Under the pieces are notes generated by a model. It saw only the letters and a program-made list of their open reading frames with translations. It did not search any database and was not told where the DNA came from. Of a stretch of 32,000 bases of DNA, positions 9,317-20,072 are shown piece after piece. The position numbers were made by a program, and so were the translations under genes. Source of the DNA: Wallemia ichthyophaga EXF-994 (Eukaryota; Fungi; Basidiomycota); contig NW_008806284.1 in NCBI RefSeq assembly GCF_000400465.1, forward strand, positions 270,001 through 302,000, in the 5' to 3' direction. How positions within the stretch are numbered: position 1 is the first letter of the stretch; each line of letters begins with the position of its first letter.

Positions 9317-11079
9317 ATGTCATCAATTCACACATTCTTATCAATTTCAACGCGGGAGAATAACGACGAGTATGTGGAGGTGTGTGTGGGCGTGGATACG
9401 TGTACAGCGATCTAACAGGCAATCAGTTCACAGATTACTTTGGATCACACGCTTTCTTATCCCATGTGTGGACGAAGCAGCTGTCATCGAGCGATATAGA
9501 GAAACAGCTGTCACACCTCCCACCATTCAGGATTCAAGGCGATTTAATCGAATTTGAGACCCAACGACGCGTAGACGGTAGTACGTTTAAACCTACAGGT
9601 CGTTATTGTAGTTGGAATAAACTTTCGCAGCTCAATCCAGGCGTTGTGAGGCCACAGCCTGATCCGCACTTTTTCACTGCCACCAGCGCATGTAAAGCCC
9701 CGACCAGTCAATTCAACGCACACCCTAACGGGAAGCAGAAGCGTGAGAGGCTGGAGAAGCAAGTGAAGCCGGTGCAAGCAACCGTAGCAGCATCAGCACC
9801 AGCTAAAGCTAGCGGGGCATCGCGGTGGGCTGGGATGGATAGCGCGGTTGTGGAGAATAAGTTGAGTAAGGAGAGCAAGCAGCCTGCTCTTATCAATCGG
9901 TTGAGTAAGAATGTCCGCGAGAGCGGGGAGAAGCACGCGCAGCACACCGACACACAATCCCCACAGCCCTCACGGCACACAGACTCTCAAACTAACGTGT
10001 CTCCAGCCCCGAACCGGGTGACGGCGTCGAGCGCGACGTCGAACGGCCATACCAGCGACAGACCACTTTCGCCTCACTTGGTGCAGCGCAGCGACGCGAA
10101 CAACCAGAACAACGTAAAACCAAGAAGGCTGTCTTTGAATAGATCGAGCAAACTGAATTGTGGTGGTGGTAATTCTAGTGAAAAGGAAGGTAGCACGACA
10201 AGCATAGATAGCAGTTCGTCTCGATGGGCATCAGTCACACCTACACTTACTTCTCCATCGACTGTACACGAGAGCACGTCTAAGAGTACCCCATCAGTCC
10301 CGCTTAAGCTTCCGCCTTCTGGACCGAGAGGTGTGGGTGTGATAAATGGGCATGGCAAGGTTGAAAAGGACGATAATGATAATAGCAACGATAATAATGA
10401 TAATGCCCACAATGCACACAATGCATACACCAAAGGACATGCTAGACAGGGATCCGTAAACGAGTTGCTGCTCCGATTGCGTGCTGCGACGCTATCTGAA
10501 GGTGGAGTAAGTGGAGTGGATACATCGAAGGAGAGGAACGTACAACCTCAACATATTCAGCGCAATAAACGTACTCAACATACCCAGCATGCTCATATGC
10601 AGACCCCGCGCCGACAATCCCAGACTAAGCCACACCCACAACCACAATCAAGCCGAATATCACAAGCAAACAGTGTACAAACAACCGGAGAGATTGGAGC
10701 AAGAGCAAGCAAGTATGCATCGGATGAGATGGCAGTGGAGACAGAAGGAAGAGGTGCACTTGTACCAGTGACGAGAGGGCAAAGAACGCAGCAGGAACCT
10801 CGTAGCGCACCGAGAGCACCCAAGTCTATGCGTCGGAATAATCCTGCATCTGCATTTATTCCTACACGTGCACCTTTTGCACAGACTACTCAACCTGCAC
10901 CACCTACTCAACCTATTCAGCCTGCTAAACTAGCAGCGCCACACCACCCCCATCAAAACCCCTTGCTAAAACACAAAACATCACTCGCCAGCCAGGTAAG
11001 CTGGGCAGATGACGACGACCTCGATGAAGACCTGCCGGATATAACGTGTCTCAACCAGCGACCGTATAAAGAGAGATAA
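9317..11079 (+). CDS. Hypothetical protein (~574 aa): short possibly folded N-terminal region plus long low-complexity disordered tail
   Basis: 565-codon open frame 9382-11079. ATG 9317 joins it in frame through a GT-rich 38-nt intron 9370-9407 (GTATGT..TACAG). No family recognised. 5' model is tentative. Confidence 0.65.
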
Positions 11080-11137
11080 AAGTAAAAAGTGTTGTATTCT
11101 ATGAGAAAAATAATTTAATTTACTTAAACTAAGTAAT

Positions 11138-13556
11138 CTACTTGCTGCCTTTCTTAGGACCTTTAGTACGAGCTTTTTTGTTTGAACGACCGACAGCAGC
11201 GCCAGGTTTAGCGCGTTCGCCTTCATTTTTCTTTGGTGGTTTGACTGATTTATCTTCTGTAAACGAAGGTCCTGCGCTACTCTTACGTTTCTTGGATGGC
11301 GCTGCACTCTCTTTGGGTTTGGATGTATCTGCCAAAACGCTCATTTTCTGCGGCTTGGCTGATTTCTTAGCTGAGCGCACAGCGTGGTCTACATTCCAGC
11401 CCTTATTTTTATCCGCTTCGTACTCCTCTTTCATTTCCTTCTTGCGGCGATCACGTCTGCTGAGACCGGAGGAGGAGGTGAGTTTACGACCGAGCGAGTC
11501 GTGAGTTTTAGCTGTTTTCTGGGTAATTTGATCGGGTTGATCGAATTTCTTATTGTACTCCTCTTTGCCCGTATCTGAAATGGTAGTCTTAGTAATATCC
11601 TTATTCACACAAACAACCCCACTCACCCTTGCTTTCGCGCTTCTCCTTCTCGGTCTGGAACCACGTACGCGCGGGTCTAGCCATAATTTCATCTTGGTGC
11701 TCGATCATGTTCTTCGACTTGACGAGTTCCATCTCGGCGACGCGCATTGCGCGCTCCTCCTTCTCTAGTTTGAGTACATCGTCAATCTGTCCGTCGAGTC
11801 CAGCGACCAGCTCGGCGACACTACGGAGAATATCCTGCGGCACGATACGGTGTTTGATGCTATCGCTCGACTGTGCTGAGGAGCGTTTCACGACGGACTT
11901 CAGCATCTTCCTATCACTTTCTCCAATCAGCGAGATGGAGCGTCCTGTGAGATTGGCACGTGCGGTTCTACCGACCCTGTGCAAGTAGATCTCGATCTGG
12001 TTGGGCAGATCGAAATTGATGACCGTCTCCACCCCCTTAATATCTAACCCCCTACTGGCCAAGTCGGTCGCGAGCAGGAAATCCGATTTGTCGTTCTTGA
12101 ACCGGTCGAGCGAGCTCAGTCTGCCTTCTTGTGATAAATCACCATGTAGCTCGTCGGCTCGCATCTCCATCAGTCCGAACAGAATGCGCATGCGGTGTGC
12201 GAGTGCTTTGCTGCGGAAGAAAATGATGGTGCGGTGGCGGAATGTACGTCGACAGAGCGCGAGCAGAGTGGCAGTGCGCTCAGTGAGATCGTTCTTGGTG
12301 TTTGATTTAACACGCACAAACTCTTGCGTAAGACCCTTAGCAGTGGACTTCTTGGGGTCGACGAAGAGACGAGCGGGTTTGTCAAGGGATAGCCTCACAA
12401 GCTCATCGACTTTATCAGTCATGGTGGCTGAGAAAAGCATCGTTTGGCGATTGGTTGGACACTCCTTGACAATCTCATCCAATTCATCTTTGAAACCATC
12501 TTCGAGCATTCTGTCAGCCTCGTCCATGATGAGAATGTCGAGAGAGTCGAGATTGAAAGAGGGAGAGTTGCGGACGTGGTCAATGAGTCTACCTGGGGTA
12601 GCAATGACGACATCTGGTCTTTGTTTGAGCTCTTGTTCTTGGAGTTTGAGGGAGAGACCACCGACGACAAGAGCGAAGGAGATGTCACCCATAAATTTGG
12701 AAAGGGATTGAGCGACTTGGAAACACTGAGAGGCCAATTCACGTGTTGGACATAATATGAGGACCCTGGTTTCACCTGACTTCGATGAAGATTTAGGTCT
12801 GTACATTAAGCGCTCGAGGATGGGCAGAATGAAGGCGGCAGTTTTACCACTACCGGTGACGGCTTGACCGACTATGTCTTTTCCGGCTAGAGCAACGGGA
12901 AGAACAGATTTTTGAATGGGGGTTGGTTGGGTGAAGCCGAGGGAGCTGATGGCTTTGAGGATAGGGCGGGAGAGTGCGAGTGATGAGAAAGTATTTTTAG
13001 AGTTTTTGGGGGTGGCGGCTGGTGTAGCGAAGTAGTCTTTCTTTTGAGCGGAGGAGGAGGAGGAAGAGGAAGCGGATGATACTGAGTGGGTGTCTGAGTC
13101 ATCGTCGTTGTCGTTGTCGCTATGACTATCACTGATATCATTGTGATCATCCTGGTCAAGATCATCATCCAAGTCATTGTCATTATCAGAATCAGAATCA
13201 GAGCGATCTGAATTACCATCACCGTCATCCATCACCGCCTGTCTCTTTGAGTGAATATTTTCATCCAAAGAATCAATTTTCTTGTTAATGATAGAATCAA
13301 TAGGATTGACTTGATCTTGTTGATTGTTATTGGATAAATTCAGGTGAGTGTTTATATTTTCAAAATCAAAATCCAATTCCAAATCCCTTGCTTGTGAATT
13401 ACTAGGCTTATCATTAATGATTTCTTTATTCCTCCTCCTTTGTATTTGATCCTTCTTTGATAAATTTTGTTGAGTGGGTTCCTCTAATTCCTCTGGCTGA
13501 TCAATATCCTCATCAGATTCTATTGTTCCTATAAAATCATCAACTGTATTCTTCAT
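11138..13556 (-). CDS. DRS1: ATP-dependent DEAD-box RNA helicase DRS1/DDX27 (60S biogenesis), ~788 aa, 2 exons
   Basis: Q motif GFTQPTPIQ, AVTGSGKTAAF, PTRELA, TPGRL, DEAD, SAT, HRVGRTAR; MARPARTWFQT and GLSRRDRR..AVRSAKK C-terminal motifs; acidic N-terminus VDDFIGTIESDED. Intron 11575-11626 (GTGAGT..TTTCAG). Confidence 0.95.
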
Positions 13557-13711
13557 TGGTGGTGTTGGCTGATGGTGGTTTGAATTATTCAAGTTCAGCT
13601 TCAATTATTCAAGTGAATGGTTGAATTATTATAATTTACTTTTAAAATATTTAAGGTCAAGTAATTTAATAGTGTTTTCTTATAATTCTACTTTCAATTC
13701 CACCACCACAA
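13557..13711. promoter_or_regulatory. AT-rich bidirectional promoter between DRS1 and the Zn2Cys6 TF
   Basis: 155-bp head-to-head gap, very AT-rich, with three TT(G/C)AATTATT repeats. Confidence 0.6.
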
Positions 13712-15352
13712 ATGTCCCAACTAGCAACATCGTGCACATCATGTAGAAGTAGAAAAGTACGTTGTAGTGGTACAAATCCATGCACAGCATGTCTAAAGAG
13801 AGGTGATAATTGTGTTTTCAAGCAAAAGTTGAAGCCTGGTTTGAAGAAAGGTACTGGAAGGGAGTTGCAGGGGAGGTTAGCAGAGCTGGAGAGTAAATTG
13901 GCTGCAATGGAAGGCGAATCCCTCTCAACCGATCAAATATCTCAGATTACAAGTTTATACTTCCAATCGATACACTCTCATCATCCATTTCTAACCACAA
14001 ACCAATTTTTAACGCGAATTACATCCCTCGCTATCCTCACCACTACCCTATCTTTCATAGCCCACGATTACTCGGCACCTGCTATCACTCCCACTCAAAA
14101 CCCACATGACATCATCCAGCGTATGACCAATGACATCATCATTCAGGCACACAACTCAATCAACCTTGATTCTCTTCAGGGACTTACCATATTAGCCTGG
14201 TTATCATTGAGAGACGCCCATCCACCCAATCGCTGGCTACACCAAATGTCGCTCTCCCGTGCAATCAACTTGGCTTTCAAGAACTGCGACAACAAATCCC
14301 CATTCATGCAGCCAACTCCTCTCCTCTCTTTCGATCCCACATCACACCAATCCATTAACCTATACTGGTCTGCGTTTATTATTGACCGCCTCGCCTGTTT
14401 CACAACTGGTTGGTCTTTCGGTGTTGAGGATTTCCATGTCCCTCTACCAGAACACAGCTATCAAAACCCACAATACGGATCTTTACGCCCAACTGCCCAA
14501 TTGTTTCTCTTCAACGACGCAACACACGCTCTCTTCTCTCAGCCCACTAACCTGTCTGACTTGGCCGAGGTGATCGAATGGCGGCGGCAACACGATGCTT
14601 TATCATACAGACTAGATACATTACTAGCAACACAAGCGCAAGATGTGCAAGATGGACAAGACATCACCCAATCACATCCCCTCCTCCCCCTCCTCCAACA
14701 AGCCACCATCCTGCGCCACCACTCTCATCTCGCATACCCGCCCCACACGACGGCGCATTTTGCAGCTGATGCATGTGCGCAGCAGCGGTGTGAGCGTGCA
14801 GCGGAGTGCATAACGGATATAGCACTCACCCAAACAGCGCTCATAACGAACAGCACACATTACAACGCCAGTCTTAAAGGTGTCACCGCTAACCCCATTT
14901 CTGTGTGGTGTATTTGGGTAGCTGCGCGCAATCATCTGCTGGCGTATACTATGGCTTATACCACGACTGATGCTGATACTGGTGCTGGTACGCGGGGGCG
15001 TGAAGATGTTGAAACGCCGCATAAGTTGCACACCCCACTTACACCACGTACATCACACAAGGTCCCTGGTCTACCCTTGCAGTTCTACCAACTCGTCCAA
15101 TCTCTTCGCGTCCTCGCTCCGACTTCTCGGCTTGCACATATATATGCAGATGTACTCGACAAAATAACCACAAGTGACGAAGCTTGCTCTATTCTAGCCG
15201 TTCCACGTACTTCATTTACGGTGTTGCGCGATGCAAGTACAAGTGAATCTCACATTGACACACCTTCTCATAATCACACTCCTATACCCTCCCACTCCCT
15301 TTCATCAGATCTAGACGTTCTATTTCAGGATATTTTTGCCTCTTTTGGATAA
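13712..15352 (+). CDS. Zn(II)2Cys6 (GAL4-type) transcription factor with fungal-specific TF middle region (546 aa)
   Basis: CTSCRSRKVRCSGTNPCTACLKRGDNC binuclear cluster, followed by a coiled-coil (RLAELESKL) and LYWSAFIIDR motif. Single ORF. Confidence 0.92.
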   Translation: MSQLATSCTSCRSRKVRCSGTNPCTACLKRGDNCVFKQKLKPGLKKGTGRELQGRLAELESKLAAMEGESLSTDQISQITSLYFQSIHSHHPFLTTNQFLTRITSLAILTTTLSFIAHDYSAPAITPTQNPHDIIQRMTNDIIIQAHNSINLDSLQGLTILAWLSLRDAHPPNRWLHQMSLSRAINLAFKNCDNKSPFMQPTPLLSFDPTSHQSINLYWSAFIIDRLACFTTGWSFGVEDFHVPLPEHSYQNPQYGSLRPTAQLFLFNDATHALFSQPTNLSDLAEVIEWRRQHDALSYRLDTLLATQAQDVQDGQDITQSHPLLPLLQQATILRHHSHLAYPPHTTAHFAADACAQQRCERAAECITDIALTQTALITNSTHYNASLKGVTANPISVWCIWVAARNHLLAYTMAYTTTDADTGAGTRGREDVETPHKLHTPLTPRTSHKVPGLPLQFYQLVQSLRVLAPTSRLAHIYADVLDKITTSDEACSILAVPRTSFTVLRDASTSESHIDTPSHNHTPIPSHSLSSDLDVLFQDIFASFG

Positions 15353-15435
15353 TTTATACCTTTTTTTACTTGTACAATGTCAATATACATGTACACAATA
15401 TGTACACAATCTGTACTCAATACAAGTACTTTTCA

Positions 15436-17293
15436 CTAACCCAATTCTATCAGCCTTTCAAGATCATTAAACGAGACCTAGAGTTAGTTAGTCAGCCAGG
15501 CGTTTCACAAACACGTGTCACCCACTCGATCGATAAACGGTATGAGAAGTAGAGACTGTACCTCGATCATTCTATCAGCTAGGAGGCCTCTACGTGAATG
15601 TTTCTTATCTGCTTTGCGATCAACACCGACTTCGACGACCGGTTCACCTGAGCTACCGAAACCAAAGACGACGTCATCCTCCTCGCGTGTCTCCTCGCCA
15701 CCGTCATTAACAATACGCAGCGTCTCGATAGTGCGACGAATGACGACGTGGAATGGGTTACGTTCCCACTCCGACCTATTCATAAAAGCGAGTCTGGTGA
15801 CGACGCGGAAGAGTTTCTGGGTGAGTTGCGCCCGTTTGCGCCACCTAGCCAGCGTGGGCGGTTGAGCGATACGTACAAAGTTGTACAGAGCCATACTGAC
15901 GCGCTCCATATGCGCGAGAGTCGACTCTGTATTGAGGAGGTGAAAATCGCGATCAAATTGCGGTACCATCCCTAGTAGGACGTTGATAAACTCGTCTTTC
16001 ATCTCCTCACTCAGAGTTACAGCTAACACGGCACGGTTGCACTCGGGTGTCGCTACAACCGTCGCCGCTTCCATCGCTACATCCTTCCAGTACGCCACTC
16101 CCGCCTCGTACGGTGGCAACCAGGCATGTAAACTCGCGCGACTTATGGGAAAACCAGCTGGATACGCCTCGCTCTCGTCCATGTTCGTCATGTAGCTTAG
16201 AAAGAACCCGTATAGCGAAACGAGCAGCTCCGCTGGAGTGTCCTCCGTCAGCTCCATAGATCTCGATACATGCGCTAATATCTGCAGTGTGTCATTGCGA
16301 ATCTGAAATACTTCTAGTGGGTGCTCGCGCCATCCACACATTACGAGCAGCGTATTGAGCAGCCACCTCGAATTCGCTAGTATCGCATGGTTACAGGGTG
16401 TAGTGGATAAATTGCGCAGTATGTTAGTAACGTAGAGTATTTTATTTAGGGGTGAAGTGCAGGGAAAGGTGGGGTTGTCGCTGTGGGGGTAGCTACCACT
16501 ACCACCTTTGACACTCTCACCACCTTGCAAATACACCCCCATCTCGCAAACCACTCTATGCAATTCCATCTGTCGATTTTGCATGTCATGCAAATTTGAA
16601 GTCTCAACAACTTGATCATTCGTGCCTGCCTCGTCGTTGAGCAACTCAAGCAGCTCATCGAGCAATTCGTCCGACCTATCGAGTGCAATCTCCGGAACGA
16701 GGCTAGATGTAGATAACAGAGTGAGACACACTAACGCATGGCTCAATTCAAAAGATATTCGACTTCGCAGTGACAGTATCAGCTTTGTTATCTCCACATC
16801 CCTGAATTCATTAACTGATCGTGGAGTAATAGCAGCTTTATTCACCGCTCGCTCATCCTCCAGCTCCTCCATATTCAGTCCGCCGTAAGTATTAACTGTG
16901 CGCTTGTAGGGTATATATGTATCACCTTTCTGGCGTTTGTGAGGGGGTTGTGAGGAATGTGAAGAGTGTGGTCGTTGTCCAAGCTGTTGATTTCCTGACT
17001 GTGGTCGACTTGGTGTTGGTACTGGCGTTGGTACTGTTGGTACTGCTGATGAAATTGGTATAACCGGTGTAGAAGGATGCACCTGCGCTGGTGGTTTGAA
17101 GTGTGGGCTGTTGTTGTTGCTGTTAATCCCTCCACTCCCACCAATTAACGGCGATTGCTGCAATTGCTGCTGCGTGTTTGACATTCTACTGGGAATTTGC
17201 CTTGGTGGAGCGTACGGAGATTGAGTGGTGGTGGTTAAAGGAGAAATTTGATGTTGAGCGTGTTGAGCGTGTTGAGCGTGCTGCTGGTATTGC

Positions 17294-17326
<33 letters not shown>

Positions 17327-18233
17327 ATCATTTGCACCTGCTGCTGCTTAAGTGCAGCTGCCTGCTGTTCCCGCTGTTGCTGCTGTTGTTGCTGTTGTCT
17401 TTGCTGTTCAATTTGCTGCACTTGCTGCTGCTGTAATTGCTGCTGGAGCAACTGAGCTTGAGCGTGCTGTTGTTGAGCGTGTTGAGAGTGCTGCTGTGAC
17501 TGTGACTGCTGCTGCACTTGCTGTTGCCGTCTAGCCAACACCATTCTAATATAAAGTTCTTCAAATGGCTGTAAAAGATGCCCGTAGTAGTTGACCAGCT
17601 GCGCTACCATATTAACGCCGTTAAACTGCGCAGGAACCTGCAGTATATGCAACACCTTATCCCACTGCTGCTCTCTCTGCAACTTGCCCGATCCGCCCAG
17701 CTGGACGACCACGCCGAAGATCTTGTACAAATCCACCGTCTTACCACCCAGAACCACCTCACCTTTCCCGCCATTAGGATGTGGTGGCCATGTCAGTATA
17801 TTTGGGGGAATCGGCGTATTACGGCGTATCATCAACTCGGCCAGCGTTTTGTAGAATTCTTGGGGAGATATTTTGAAGGGGATGGTAGGGGCTGTGGGTG
17901 TGTGGGTGGATGGCTGTGGTAGTTGGTGGTTGAGCTGCTGGGGAGTGTGGGGAGTATGGGGAGTATGGGGAGTGCGAGGAGTGTGAGCTTGTTGAGGCGG
18001 CTGAGGCGGCTGCTGTGACTGCTGCTGCTGTTGTGATCCCACGCCCACGCCCACGCCTACTCCAGCCGCCTGTTGCATCTGTAGCTGTCGTTGTTGCCTG
18101 GAGATGAGATGAGCGTCGACAACGGCGTAGAAACTTCCATCTCACATGATAAACATGAGTCTACAAACACTATTAGATATACGCACATACACACACACAA
18201 ACTAACTCACTGCTGTTGTGATAAATCAGACAT
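15436..18233 (-). CDS. SWI1: SWI1/ARID1-like SWI/SNF subunit (ARID domain, Gln-rich N-terminus), ~883 aa, 4 exons
   Basis: ARID-like EFYKTLAELM..VDLYKIFGVVVQLGG..QWDKV plus ARM-like C-terminal region. Exons 18233-18211, 18160-18146, 18097-15526, 15477-15436; introns of 50, 48 and 48 nt; total 2652 nt, in frame. The 5' exons are inferred from splice signals only. Confidence 0.82.
17296..17325 (-). repeat. (CAA)10 coding trinucleotide repeat within a Q12 tract of SWI1
   Basis: Ten consecutive CAA codons followed by CAG CAA. Confidence 0.9.
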
Positions 18234-18309
18234 GCTTTATCTTCAGAACCACGATGACGGTATGGAATCAAGGATGAAATGAAACAATTTTCACTTAATT
18301 TTTCTTTCT

Positions 18310-19831
18310 TTACAGTGCAATAGAGTATGTCTTGATTTGTGTAAACTCTCTGATTCCTTCAACCCCATTGAACCTACCAAACCCGGTATCCTTGCATCCG
18401 CCAAATGGACAAACAGCCTCATCGCCAATAGTGCCTTCGTTGATACGCACCAGACCGACTTGGAGCTCTTTAGCCAGTTTCAACACGCGGGTGATATTGG
18501 TCGAGTAGATGGACGCAGCGAGGCCGTATCTGGAGGCGTTCGCAGCTCTGACGATAGCGTCGTCTTCGCTTTCACCATCCTCCTCATTCTCACACGCCTT
18601 TAATATCAGCGCAATTGGACCGAATGTCTCCTGGTCCCATATTGACATCTCGGGTGTAGCGTCTGTGAGGAGTATGTTTGGTATTTTGCACCTCTCGACG
18701 TCTTCAGGTGACGGTGGCCAGCTACCTACGAGCACTTTTGCGCCTTTTACCAGAGCATCATCCACCATCCCCACAATACGCGTGAATGAACCCGCCATAG
18801 CTACAGATGAGGACGTGTTCGGTGGGGCGTTCGCTTTGTATGTCTGGATGAGTTTGTCGTATGTAGAGGCACCCGCAATAACTCGCTCTGTCGCCATGCA
18901 TATCTGTCCCGCATTCACCCATGCATGGAAGAAGGACTGCTGGACAACCTTGTCGAGATCGGCATCGTCGAGGACGAGCACCGGGCATTTCCCGCCAAGC
19001 TGGAGAGCATGTTAGCAAAGGTATAATTCTACTCATTGCACCACTACGCACCTCCAGTAGACACGGTTTGAGGTGATGCCCTGCAAATTTTCCTATCTCC
19101 TTCCCTACACTGGTGCTGCCAGTGAAAGACACATGCCTAACTCTGTCATCAGCAATGAGATTCTGAGTCACTGAAGGAGCATTTTCTCTCGAGGAGTGCA
19201 AAATATTAAGACATCCATCTGGCAGCCCCGCCTCTCTAAATATGTCGCCCCAGAGGAAGTGAGTTTTGGGTGTGATATCGCTTGTCTTGAATATTACTGT
19301 GTTTCCAGCTGCGAGGGGGTTAATAATCGCGCGTATGGATAGATTAGGTGCAGCGTTCCAGGGCGCGAGAGCGAGACACACTCCGAGTGGCTCCCTTTCG
19401 CACAAGTAGAGGGCCTCATTGGCACGCTTAGTGGGTGGACACTCCCCTGTAAGCGCTGGGATTATCAAACTCGCTGCAGTTTCCATCATCGAGGAGGTGA
19501 TTGAGACGAGGAACTCGACAAAGTGGTGGTCGACGTCGAGTTCAGAAGCGTATGCTTCGTACATTTCCTCGGATCTACTCTTGAGTATAGCAGCAGCTCG
19601 AAGGAGAACGTCTCTGCGCTCGTCGTGTGTAGTTTTCTTCCAGGATTTGAACGCTGTGAGGGATGAATGTAGGGCGTTGTCGATATCGCTGTCAGAAGCA
19701 GAGACGACGCTGTGTGGAATGGCGTGGGTGTTTGGATGCACCACAGGGAACACACCACTACCGAAACCCTTCACAGCAGCATTATCGATCCAGTTCTCAA
19801 TCAAATTGGCACTTTGAGTTATTTGTGTCAT
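18310..19831 (-). CDS. NAD(P)+-dependent aldehyde dehydrogenase, probably salicylaldehyde/vanillin-DH-like (~489 aa, 2 exons)
   Basis: APWNA, FTGSTSVG, LLE|LGGK (intron 19000-19051, GTGCGT..CTAAC..CAG), catalytic GQICMATER, QETFGP, YGLAAS, PFGGCKDTGFGRFNG. Substrate class is an inference. Confidence 0.93.
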
Positions 19832-20072
19832 GGAAGTCTAAATAGGCGATTTAATTAAGATCAGCCTAGCCTCGCATTCTTAGGCCCTTGAATTCTGCTA
19901 AATGTTGCCCCGACGCTTGCCGTTGGACGGATGGCACGGATGAACGGATAGAGTGCCGTGTGACACTAGGGGCAAGTGGTGTCCGTGTGTGGTGTGGTGT
20001 AGTTGTATTTAACTACAGTTACTCACGTGTACCGTGGTATTCCATATTAAACCCTCTCTACATCACACAGCC
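19832..20072. promoter_or_regulatory. Bidirectional promoter between the aldehyde dehydrogenase and SurE
   Basis: 241-bp head-to-head gap containing three ACGGAT repeats. Confidence 0.55.

Noticed and set aside
11142-12755. Long antisense ORFs over DRS1, and similar ones over VPS13, SWI1, ALDH and IME2
   Set aside because: Shadow frames of GC-rich coding strands with no motifs of their own.
13557-13604. TTG-started N-terminal extension of DRS1 in the ORF track
   Set aside because: Bacterial-style start call. ATG 13556 directly precedes the DRS1-like VDDFIGTIESDE motif.
18742-18755. GCCTTTTACCAGAG resembling U5 loop 1
   Set aside because: Lies antisense within the ALDH coding exon (ALVKGA) with no U5 stem; coincidence.
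3844-19831. Possible aromatic-metabolism gene cluster (tyrosinase-like, Zn2Cys6 TF, aldehyde dehydrogenase)
   Set aside because: Genes are separated by housekeeping genes (DRS1, SWI1, tRNA), and no backbone enzyme or transporter is present.
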